From IMG/VR virus record IMGVR_UViG_2690316344_000011: 5,144 nucleotides of DNA. One strand, 5' to 3'. The notes under the pieces were generated by a model. The model saw only the letters and a program-made list of their open reading frames with translations, did not search any database and was not told where the DNA came from. Shown piece by piece: positions 1 through 4,739 of this stretch. Numbering within the stretch: the first letter of the stretch is position 1; every line of letters starts with the position of its first letter. A program made the position numbers and the translations under genes. The stretch comes from a virus. Lineage: Duplodnaviria; Heunggongvirae; Uroviricota; Caudoviricetes.

Positions 1-373
1 CCCGAATCGTCGCCTCCACGTGAGACTTCATAAAATCTTCAGCGGCAGAATCCGTGGGCTGAAAAAGCAGACTGTTTCGGGATTTATGCTCAATAAAATA
101 CCCGACCACCCCCAGCAACATCTTTGTATAGCCAACACGGGCAGATTTAATCAGGTTAACCGTGCGAACCTGGTCGTTACCCATACAGTTCATAATGGCG
201 ATCTGGAATGGCAGCGTTTTCCATTCGCCCTCACCATATGAAGATTCTTTAGGCAGATAATAATTTTGATCAGCCCATTCAACTGCCGTCATTGGTACAA
301 CCCTGACCAGAGGCTGCAGCGCAACCGAAACGGCAGCCATCATATTATTCAGTTGTTGCTCTGATATATTCAT
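1..373 (-). CDS. A: Terminase large subunit (lambda gpA-like), 5' portion only; the gene continues past the window start
   Basis: Minus-strand frame is open from ATG at 373..371 to the window edge. Translation begins MNISEQQLNNMMAAVSVALQPLVRVVPMTAVEWADQNYYLPKESSYGEGEWKTLPFQIAIMNCMGNDQVRTVNLIKSARVGYTKMLLGVVGYFIEHK, matching the lambda gpA N-terminus as I recall it (MNIS, TAVEWADANYYLPKES, KSARVGYSKMLLGV, YFIEHK). The start overlaps the 3' end of the small-subunit gene by 29 nt in another frame, as Nu1/A do in lambda. Absent from the ORF track because it has no stop inside the window. Confidence 0.9.
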   Translation of the reverse strand, partial: MNISEQQLNNMMAAVSVALQPLVRVVPMTAVEWADQNYYLPKESSYGEGEWKTLPFQIAIMNCMGNDQVRTVNLIKSARVGYTKMLLGVVGYFIEHKSRNSLLFQPTDSAAEDFMKSHVEATIR

Positions 374-854
374 CGAGTAAATCCGGTAATTTATCCCCTG
401 CCCGCGCACACTGATTTGCCCCCTTAGCAATAAGGGTTTTCAGATGGTCAAGATGGCGCGGTGTTAAATCAGGAAACTGTCGCTGCATGGATAAAGGGAT
501 GGAATCAAGCGTACTGGATAACGCCATTGCCAGCTTACTGAGGGCAAAAATACAGAACCCGGTGTCAATAAGTTTTCCTTTTGACACCTCATTTTTTAAC
601 TGCTGTGTAACAGCCTGTTCTGCTGTCAGTTCCCATCTGGCAATAAGCAATTTCTCCTCATAGTCGTCTTCGCTATCGCCATCAGGCACATCGTTTTTAC
701 TTCTCCTCAGATACGATATGTAAAAATCGCGCCAGGCATCCAGATCCAGTTGCCCTCGCTTATTCGATATCGGGGCACCCGGCAATTTCTGCAATCTGCG
801 AAGCTGGCGATCGGTCAGACTTAAATGCCTGGCAACTTCAGTCTGCGTAGCCAC
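345..854 (-). CDS. nu1: Terminase small subunit (lambda Nu1-like DNA-recognition subunit)
   Basis: 169-aa ORF with GTG start at 854..852 preceded by GAGGTGAGGA. C-terminal half (FCIFALSKLAMALSSTLDSIPLSMQRQFPDLTPRHLDHLK...LLDEYI) parallels lambda Nu1 as recalled (FCTFVLSRIAGEIASILDGLPLSVQRRFPELENRHVDFLK...LLSEYI). Lies immediately downstream of the cos site and is followed by the overlapping large-subunit gene. Confidence 0.9.
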   Translation of the reverse strand: MATQTEVARHLSLTDRQLRRLQKLPGAPISNKRGQLDLDAWRDFYISYLRRSKNDVPDGDSEDDYEEKLLIARWELTAEQAVTQQLKNEVSKGKLIDTGFCIFALSKLAMALSSTLDSIPLSMQRQFPDLTPRHLDHLKTLIAKGANQCARAGDKLPDLLDEYIRATTE

Positions 855-901
855 TCCTCACCTCGCAAAAACTCTCACCTCACAATCACAACAAAACCGG
901 T

Positions 902-912
902 CATGTCCGGTT
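902..912 (+). repeat. 11-bp repeat CATGTCCGGTT, copy 1 (candidate small-subunit binding element, R1-like)
   Basis: Exact 11-mer; direct repeat of the copy at 932..942, 30 bp apart. Confidence 0.6.
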
Positions 913-931
913 TACATGTCTGTTTTTTGTT

Positions 932-942
932 CATGTCCGGTT
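932..942 (+). repeat. 11-bp repeat CATGTCCGGTT, copy 2 (R2-like)
   Basis: Exact 11-mer, same orientation as copy 1. A partial copy CATGTC lies at 915..920. Confidence 0.6.
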
Positions 943-989
943 CACAGAAGACCTGTTTTTATATTTTTCATATAGTTAACTTGAAGAGA

Positions 990-1000
990 AACCGGACATG
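990..1000 (-). repeat. 11-bp repeat CATGTCCGGTT, copy 3 in inverted orientation (R3-like, nearest cosN)
   Basis: Plus strand reads AACCGGACATG, the exact reverse complement of the other two copies. It is separated from copy 2 by a 47-bp A+T-rich spacer (943..989). Confidence 0.6.
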
Positions 1001-1037
1001 GATCCCGGAAAATTTTCATAAATAGCGAAAACCCGCG

Positions 1038-1049
1038 AGGTCGCCGCCC
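1038..1049 (-). other. cosN: 12-nt cohesive-end sequence identical to lambda (GGGCGGCGACCT on the minus strand)
   Basis: Plus strand 1038..1049 is AGGTCGCCGCCC, the reverse complement of the lambda cohesive end. The adjoining bases on both sides also match the lambda left end (CGCGGGTTTTCGCTATTTATGAAAATTTTCCGG) and right end (CGACAGGTTACG) as recalled. Confidence 0.85.
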
Positions 1050-1256
1050 CGTAACCTGTCGGATCGCCGGAAAGGACCCACGAAAATGATAATAATTATC
1101 ATCTACATGAGGTTTATCACGACATGTGTGTACGCCATCAAACCACGAGAAATAATCAATTATTACGCAGGTATCGTATTAATTGATCTGCATCAAATTA
1201 GCGTAAAAGCAACTTCAGATAATACAAATCAGCAACACTGAATACGGGGCAACATT
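1050..1256 (-). other. Segment resembling the lambda genome right end, including a cosQ-like GGGTCCT at 1073..1079 (minus-strand reading)
   Basis: Reverse complement of this segment reads close to my recollection of the last ~200 bp of lambda (TGTTGCCCCGTATTCAGTG...GATGCAGATCAATTAATACGATACCTGCGT...GGGTCCTTTCCGG.GATCCGACAGGTTACG). The cosQ position is assigned by that analogy only. Confidence 0.55.
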
Positions 1257-1481
1257 ATGTCATCAAAGAACAGAACCCGCAGAACAACAACCCGCAACAT
1301 CCGATTTCCAAACCAGATAATTGAACAAATTAACATCGCTCTTGACCTGAAAGGTTCAGGTAATTTTTCAGCGTGGGTTATTGAAGCCTGCAGAAGAAGA
1401 TTAATTAATGAAAAACATGCTCAATTTGTACCCAACAAAGACAAACACGACCAGAGCACCTGTTCAGACAGGTTTACTTAA
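1257..1481 (+). CDS. Small conserved phage protein, homolog of the ORF at the lambda right end; probably the YlcI/YnfO-type (DUF3950) family
   Basis: 74-aa ORF with ATG at 1257. MSSKNRTRRTTTRNIRFPNQIIEQINIALDLKGSGNFSAWVIEACRRRL is near-identical to the lambda right-end ORF as I recall it (MSTKNRTRRTTTRNIRFPNQMIEQINIALEQKGSGNFSAWVIEACRRRL). Same position next to cos, followed by a terminator. The family name is from memory. Confidence 0.7.
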   Translation: MSSKNRTRRTTTRNIRFPNQIIEQINIALDLKGSGNFSAWVIEACRRRLINEKHAQFVPNKDKHDQSTCSDRFT

Positions 1482-1500
1482 ACGACTTATATATGACACA

Positions 1501-1526
1501 AAAAGCGACCACTAAAGTCGCTTTTT
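1501..1526. terminator. Bidirectional rho-independent terminator between convergent genes
   Basis: Stem AGCGAC (1504..1509) pairs with GTCGCT (1517..1522) around a 7-nt loop. Flanked by AAAA on the 5' side and TTTTT on the 3' side, so either strand gives hairpin plus U-run. Lies 22 nt after the plus-strand stop at 1481 and 40 nt after the minus-strand stop at 1563. Confidence 0.7.
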
Positions 1527-1562
1527 CTTATGGTAACAGGCAATAACTCTCTCAGATATTTT

Positions 1563-1877
1563 TTAGCATTTTTTTGACCGCGCGTTTCCGGACGTATTCT
1601 GTTCTCCTGTCCCTTTATATCGTCGGAATACCCGCCGCTCTTCAAATCCCATTCCCAACTCAGAATGTAGTCTGTTGACCGCTTGTTTTATTTCGGTCAG
1701 GTTCACCGGTGAAACCGGAGTCCGGCGCGCCTTACGCAAACACTCTGCTCGTTTCTGTGCCGCCACTTTTCTTTTCTGGTCATCACTTAGCTGTACCATC
1801 ACTTTTGCCCATCGTTCAGCTGCTCTCCGGTACAGTCCTTTTTTCTCCAGACATTCTGCCACGTGATCATGTAGCAT
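1563..1877 (-). CDS. PerC-family (Pch-like) transcriptional regulator; accessory gene
   Basis: 104-aa ORF with strong RBS (GGAGG, 6-nt spacer, ATG at 1877). The N-terminal motif ECLEKKGLYRRAAERWAKVM resembles the conserved PerC/Pch motif (LE.KG.WRRAA.RW) as I recall it. Has its own terminator and an A+T-rich upstream region, and sits between Rz and cos where lambdoid phages carry accessory genes. Family assignment unverified. Confidence 0.65.
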   Translation of the reverse strand: MLHDHVAECLEKKGLYRRAAERWAKVMVQLSDDQKRKVAAQKRAECLRKARRTPVSPVNLTEIKQAVNRLHSELGMGFEERRVFRRYKGTGEQNTSGNARSKKC

Positions 1878-2342
1878 AAGTGACCTCCGATTATCTACAG
1901 ACTGCCATCCTGAATTTACCTTCCCTTAATGAAATAACAATAAAAAACAAACCACGCAAAAACAATAAAACAACACACAAAAAAAACTAAATAATAAACA
2001 AAAATAATCACCTTATTTTATTATTTTTTGAGGGAGCAATTACTGAACAAAAAACGCTGACTATATACTCAAAACCAAACAACTATTCTGCCAATCAGGT
2101 ATCATGGCAACACACGGAATTACCGTGTTTTTGCCTTCTCTGCCCATACAATACGGGCATATACTTCATTCTCTATTGTAATATTTCTATCCATGTGCCC
2201 CACTCCATTTACCTGTAAATAATATTCAAAATATTTATCACAGAAATCGTTTTTGGCCATGAACTGAGCACACTATAAAGTCCGGAACTGACTCTTTGTT
2301 AAATTACCTTAACGTTACCAGTAACACCTTCATAACAAAACA
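1878..2342 (-). promoter_or_regulatory. A+T-rich non-coding region between Rz and the PerC-like gene; probable promoter and leader region
   Basis: About 465 bp with no ORF of 60 aa or more on either strand and visibly A+T-rich. Includes a stretch (1942..1987) made almost only of A and C, and an 8-A run at 1979..1986. A candidate sigma70-like promoter on the minus strand has -35 TTGCCA (2105..2110), a 17-bp spacer and -10 AATAGT (2082..2087). The promoter call is weak. Confidence 0.4.
2112..2132 (+). terminator. Candidate plus-strand intrinsic terminator hairpin
   Basis: ACACGG (2112..2117) pairs with CCGTGT (2123..2128) around loop AATTA, followed by TTTT (2129..2132). Hairpin plus T-run only on the plus strand. 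Short 6-bp stem, so weak. Confidence 0.3.
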
Positions 2343-2810
2343 TCACGGTATACACTGGGTACGGATATATTCCTGTGCTCCTTCCAGTTGCTTCTGCATT
2401 GCCATCAGCCGTTCTCTGAGGATGAAATAATCCCGTTCAGCGGTGTCTGCCAGTCGGGGGCCGGTTGCATTATCCACGCCGGAGGTGCCGGTGGCTTCAC
2501 GCACGGTACCGGAGCAGGTGGCGTTGATCCGCAGGCGCTTACGACCAGCGGCAACATCAGCACGCAGAGTTTCATTTTCAGCTCTCGCATCGGCTAATTC
2601 CCTCGAGTATCTGGCATCAAGTGCAGCGACATCACGCTGGCGTACCTGCATATCAGTAATTGTCACGTTCGCCAGCTTCAGCTCACTGGCTTTTTTATCG
2701 CGTTGCGCTTTGTAGGTAATGGCGTTATCGCGGTAATGATTCAGCCCCAGACTAAGCACACCACAGGCTACCAGCAGGACAATAATCACCACACACAGAA
2801 CACGGTTCAT
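2343..2810 (-). CDS. Rz: Rz i-spanin (inner-membrane spanin subunit)
   Basis: 155-aa [73 protein letters not shown] and [22 protein letters not shown] closely match lambda Rz as recalled. N-terminal TM segment present. ATG at 2810 is preceded by GAGGGGGAT. Confidence 0.92.
   Translation of the reverse strand: MNRVLCVVIIVLLVACGVLSLGLNHYRDNAITYKAQRDKKASELKLANVTITDMQVRQRDVAALDARYSRELADARAENETLRADVAAGRKRLRINATCSGTVREATGTSGVDNATGPRLADTAERDYFILRERLMAMQKQLEGAQEYIRTQCIP
2405..2590 (-). CDS. Rz1: Rz1 o-spanin (outer-membrane lipoprotein), embedded in the +1 frame of Rz
   Basis: 61-aa ORF wholly inside Rz in a different frame. [15 protein letters not shown] lipoprotein signal followed by the proline-rich [27 protein letters not shown], matching lambda Rz1 as recalled ([27 protein letters not shown]). 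Confidence 0.88.
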   Translation of the reverse strand: MRELKMKLCVLMLPLVVSACGSTPPAPVPCVKPPAPPAWIMQPAPDWQTPLNGIISSSENG

Positions 2811-2817
2811 ATCCCCC

Positions 2818-2949
2818 TCACCCCACCAGCCATGACAAAGTTAAGACGCGCCAGGCAGTGGAAAAGCAAATAGCAACCAGCATTAGTGAAAATGAAATGC
2901 CGACGATTACACAGAGGATCTTCGCCAGCGTTATGAGCTTGTCTGACAT
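2818..2949 (-). CDS. Hypothetical 43-aa single-pass membrane peptide immediately upstream of Rz
   Basis: Found by manual translation; below the ORF-track size cut-off. ATG at 2949..2947 preceded by GAGGA with a 6-nt spacer. Product [43 protein letters not shown] has one long hydrophobic segment. Stop TGA (2820..2818) lies inside the G-rich RBS of Rz, 7 nt before the Rz ATG. No homolog recognised. Confidence 0.45.
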   Translation of the reverse strand: MSDKLITLAKILCVIVGISFSLMLVAICFSTAWRVLTLSWLVG

Positions 2950-2961
2950 GCTTAATCCTCT

Positions 2962-3144
2962 TCACGATTTCAACGCAATGACCAGTTTTGCCAGCCCATA
3001 CAGCATCGGAGACACAGCAATACCGACCGCCACCCACTTAATAGCAAAAGCCAGCGCTCTGCTGACGTCATCAGTTACAGGCGCTTTCAGTTCAAGGCCG
3101 TTTTTCATAGTCAATCTCAACAGAATTCGTTTATACTTTCCCAT
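2962..3144 (-). CDS. Hypothetical 60-aa protein with basic N-terminus and hydrophobic C-terminal segment
   Basis: Internal ATG (3144..3142) of the 86-aa track ORF 2962..3222, preceded by AAGGGAG. The 26 codons upstream are encoded by the terminator hairpin and are taken as a spurious extension. Product MGKYKRILLRLTMKNGLELKAPVTDDVSRALAFAIKWVAVGIAVSPMLYGLAKLVIALKS. E. coli-like codons. Followed 12 nt later by the 43-aa ORF. No homolog recognised. Confidence 0.5.
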   Translation of the reverse strand: MGKYKRILLRLTMKNGLELKAPVTDDVSRALAFAIKWVAVGIAVSPMLYGLAKLVIALKS

Positions 3145-3177
3145 GTTCTCCCTTGCCTTACTCAAGGTCAGAAACAC

Positions 3178-3216
3178 AAAACCCCGTTTGCGGCCAACAA
3201 ACGGGGTTTTACTTTT
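3178..3216. terminator. Strong bidirectional intrinsic terminator hairpin between the endolysin gene and the small-ORF module
   Basis: Perfect 13-bp stem AAAACCCCGTTTG (3178..3190) with CAAACGGGGTTTT (3198..3210) around a 7-nt loop CGGCCAA. T-rich sequence follows on both strands (TTTTACTTTT on plus, TTTTGTGTTTC on minus). Confidence 0.65.
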
Positions 3217-3299
3217 ATTCACTTAGTTTTTGCCAGTTCGCAGGATTTCGTGTTATCCGCCAGTGTGAGCAAACCGCATTTTTCAGCAAAATATTCTGC

Positions 3300-3833
3300 T
3301 TATCTGTCAATTCCCCAGCACGCCAGCGCGCTCTCCTGGTCACGCCGTGAAACCTGACCGTAGCAGTTGTTTGAGCGAATACGGCAGTCTCTGCCACCGT
3401 CCTTAATCCACCAGCGAATCGCCTCACACGCTCCCCTGCGATCACCTGCATTAATTCGTCTGTAAAACGTCGACGGGAAACACTTACCGGGACCAATGTT
3501 GTACGGACAGAATGACGCGATCCCCGCTTTCTGGGGTTCGGTCAGCGGTACTTTAATATTGCGCTCCACCCACTCCAGCGCCTTATCACGTTCAATGGCG
3601 TTAACCTGGTCGCATTTTTCCTTCGACAACTTCATGCCCGGAACGACAGGTTTACCATCCACCAGGATGGCACCGCGGCAGATGGTCCAGATACCCGCAC
3701 CATCACGGTATGCCGTGGTGTGGTTACCTTCTTTTTCGTCAAGAAACTGGTCGAGGATTTCAGGCGCAGACGCCCCTGCACCAATCAGCGCCAGAACGGC
3801 AGCCGACAGGCCGTATCTGATTTTTGCGTTCAT
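3300..3833 (-). CDS. R: SAR endolysin, T4-lysozyme-like muramidase (glycoside hydrolase family 24)
   Basis: 177-aa ORF. N-terminal Gly/Ala-rich weakly hydrophobic segment (YGLSAAVLALIGAGASA) typical of a signal-anchor-release domain, followed by the catalytic E-x8-D-x5-T arrangement (EGNHTTAYRDGAGIWT). Matches the pairing with a pinholin upstream. No obvious Shine-Dalgarno before ATG 3833. Confidence 0.9.
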   Translation of the reverse strand: MNAKIRYGLSAAVLALIGAGASAPEILDQFLDEKEGNHTTAYRDGAGIWTICRGAILVDGKPVVPGMKLSKEKCDQVNAIERDKALEWVERNIKVPLTEPQKAGIASFCPYNIGPGKCFPSTFYRRINAGDRRGACEAIRWWIKDGGRDCRIRSNNCYGQVSRRDQESALACWGIDR

Positions 3834-3883
3834 GGATATTTATCAGGGTTTATCGATTTCAAATCCCTGGATATGTTAAGTCT

Positions 3884-4228
3884 TCAGGCCAGCGGTGGAG
3901 TCTTCAGAGAACCAGTAATTATTCCCGGTAGTTTTCCTCTGTAGGTTATCAACACATCCTGCGCCTCTAAAATTACGGGGCGCTTTTCCGGCAACGGACC
4001 ATCCCCTTCACATAACCCGGCAGCAACATCCATGAAAAACTGCTTCGCCTGCTTTTTCGCCTCAGCTTCGTAAAACTCCAGCGTGGCACCTTCAGTACGG
4101 TCAAGACTAATCGCCACATCTGGCAACAACAGTGACGGATACCCACCAATTTCCAGTGCCACAGTAACAGTAATCTTATCCGGGTAATTATTTATCCCTT
4201 TAACACCCAGTTCGTATTTTTTCTTCAT
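3884..4228 (-). CDS. Hypothetical protein between holin and endolysin; position matches the YdfR-like (DUF1327) gene of Qin-type lysis cassettes
   Basis: 114-aa ORF. ATG at 4228 preceded by GGGGAG with an 8-nt spacer that overlaps the holin stop codon. The family assignment rests on gene order recalled from E. coli Qin (essQ-ydfR-rrrQ), not on recognised sequence motifs. Confidence 0.7.
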   Translation of the reverse strand: MKKKYELGVKGINNYPDKITVTVALEIGGYPSLLLPDVAISLDRTEGATLEFYEAEAKKQAKQFFMDVAAGLCEGDGPLPEKRPVILEAQDVLITYRGKLPGIITGSLKTPPLA

Positions 4229-4232
4229 CGCT

Positions 4233-4439
4233 TTACTCCCCCCGCGCCGCCTTACGACGGTCCTCTCTGATTTTGAAATACAGGTTAGTCAGATACGTCA
4301 GCAGGCCAAACAGCAGACTCCCCAGCACACCGATTGCCACCCACTGGGACGGAGAGACTTTGTCCAGCAGCTGCAGTAACCAGTATCCCGTCCCCACCGC
4401 TGACGTGGTGTATGACACACCTGTTGTGATTTTTTCCAT
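4233..4439 (-). CDS. S: Class II pinholin, phage 21 S-type
   Basis: 68-aa [71 protein letters not shown] is near-identical to the S21 pinholin as recalled (...[40 protein letters not shown]). Two TM segments and a charged C-terminus. Confidence 0.92.
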   Translation of the reverse strand: MEKITTGVSYTTSAVGTGYWLLQLLDKVSPSQWVAIGVLGSLLFGLLTYLTNLYFKIREDRRKAARGE

Positions 4440-4482
4440 CTGATGTATGTCTCCGTCACCGCCGACAGAAAATGAAAGTAAA

Positions 4483-4519
4483 GGAAAACAAAAAGCCGCC
4501 AGTGTCGCCCACTGACGGC
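4483..4519 (-). terminator. Rho-independent terminator about 45 nt upstream of the holin start codon
   Basis: On the minus strand GCCGUCAGUG pairs with CACUGGCGGC (10 bp including one G-U) around loop GGCGA, followed by UUUUUGUUUUCC. Plus-strand coordinates of the hairpin are 4495..4519. Confidence 0.6.
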
Positions 4520-4583
4520 CAACGCCGGGAGCCGTGATTATGGCATTCAGGCTCTGCTAAAAATGCCAGATAACATTCCGGCT

Positions 4584-4591
4584 CCCCCCCC
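4584..4591. repeat. Homopolymeric tract C8 (G8 on the late-gene strand) in the intergenic leader
   Basis: Eight consecutive C residues counted directly at 4584..4591. Confidence 0.9.
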
Positions 4592-4696
4592 TGATTCAGG
4601 TTATAAATGACACAATATCTTGACAACACCCATCACTGTCTGTCAGAAAATGTACTGCCAGATATAAGTATCATGTGAAACCCAACTATCCTTCTT

Positions 4697-4739
4697 AGCC
4701 AGTACTTCTCCGACGAAAGTCAGTACTGGCTGTTTTTTT
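4697..4739 (+). terminator. Plus-strand (antisense-facing) intrinsic terminator-like hairpin abutting the stop codon of the 107-aa ORF
   Basis: Perfect 10-bp stem AGCCAGTACT (4697..4706) with AGTACTGGCT (4722..4731) around a 15-nt loop, followed by G and seven T (4733..4739). On the minus strand it reads A-run then hairpin, which is not a terminator configuration. Confidence 0.45.

Larger units (their letters stand above)
896..1006 (-). other. cosB-like terminase-binding region between cosN and the small-subunit gene; contains three 11-bp repeats and an A+T-rich spacer
   Basis: Sits between cosN and the Nu1-like start codon, where lambda has cosB (R3-I1-R2-R1). Identity to the lambda left end stops at about 1006 and a different repeat set replaces the lambda R sites. 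Confidence 0.6.

Noticed and set aside
20-241. 73-aa plus-strand ORF
   Set aside because: Lies antisense inside the terminase large-subunit coding region, whose minus-strand translation matches gpA; no RBS or recognisable protein features.
1000-1005. BamHI site (GGATCC) exactly where lambda identity ends, raising the possibility of an engineered cosmid or vector junction
   Set aside because: The downstream terminase genes are natural, diverged homologs rather than lambda or vector sequence, and the break coincides with the known cosN/cosB module boundary at which lambdoid phages recombine. Natural mosaicism is the simpler explanation.
825-1025. 66-aa plus-strand ORF
   Set aside because: Spans the cosB repeats and the leader of the small terminase gene; the region is a protein-binding DNA site, not coding.
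1675-1866. 63-aa plus-strand ORF
   Set aside because: Antisense overlap with the PerC-like gene, which has the strong RBS and family motif.
2166-2306. 46-aa minus-strand small ORF in the A+T-rich region (MAKNDFCDKYFEYYLQVNGVGHMDRNITIENEVYARIVWAEKAKTR), with a possible internal start preceded by GGAG
   Set aside because: A+T-rich DNA yields such ORFs by chance; no RBS at the first ATG and the stop falls inside a hairpin. Not enough evidence to call.
2388-2715. Plus-strand ORFs 2388..2597 and 2443..2715
   Set aside because: Antisense to Rz and Rz1, which are confidently identified; products are low-complexity (Ala/Gly/Ser/Arg-rich), typical of shadow ORFs.
2807-3037. 76-aa minus-strand ORF (MGGGRYCC...)
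   Set aside because: Starts at a TTG with no RBS, overlaps the Rz start and both small ORFs out of frame, and has an implausible Cys/Trp/His-rich composition.
3145-3222. N-terminal 26 codons of the 86-aa track ORF 2962..3222
   Set aside because: These codons are encoded by the terminator hairpin itself. The internal ATG at 3144 with an AAGGGAG RBS is the credible start, so the gene is called as 2962..3144.
2858-3226. 122-aa plus-strand ORF
   Set aside because: GTG start without RBS; runs antisense through both RBS-equipped small ORFs and straight through the 13-bp terminator hairpin.
3153-3350. 65-aa plus-strand ORF
   Set aside because: Overlaps the terminator hairpin and the antisense 3' end of the endolysin gene; no supporting signals.
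3215-3496. 93-aa minus-strand ORF
   Set aside because: Arg-rich alternative frame overlapping the endolysin coding sequence; shadow ORF.
3496-3944. Plus-strand ORFs 3496..3879 and 3720..3944
   Set aside because: Antisense to the endolysin and the 114-aa ORF; no RBS.
4298-4522. 74-aa minus-strand ORF
   Set aside because: Overlaps the pinholin out of frame and runs through the terminator hairpin; Cys/Trp-rich shadow ORF.
4620-4651. Plus-strand sigma70 promoter using the perfect TTGACA at 4620..4625
   Set aside because: No acceptable -10 hexamer at 16-18 bp spacing (TCAGAA or CAGAAA); the nearest A/T-rich hexamer GAAAAT is 20 bp away. Only the weaker minus-strand reading is kept, as a hypothesis in the findings.
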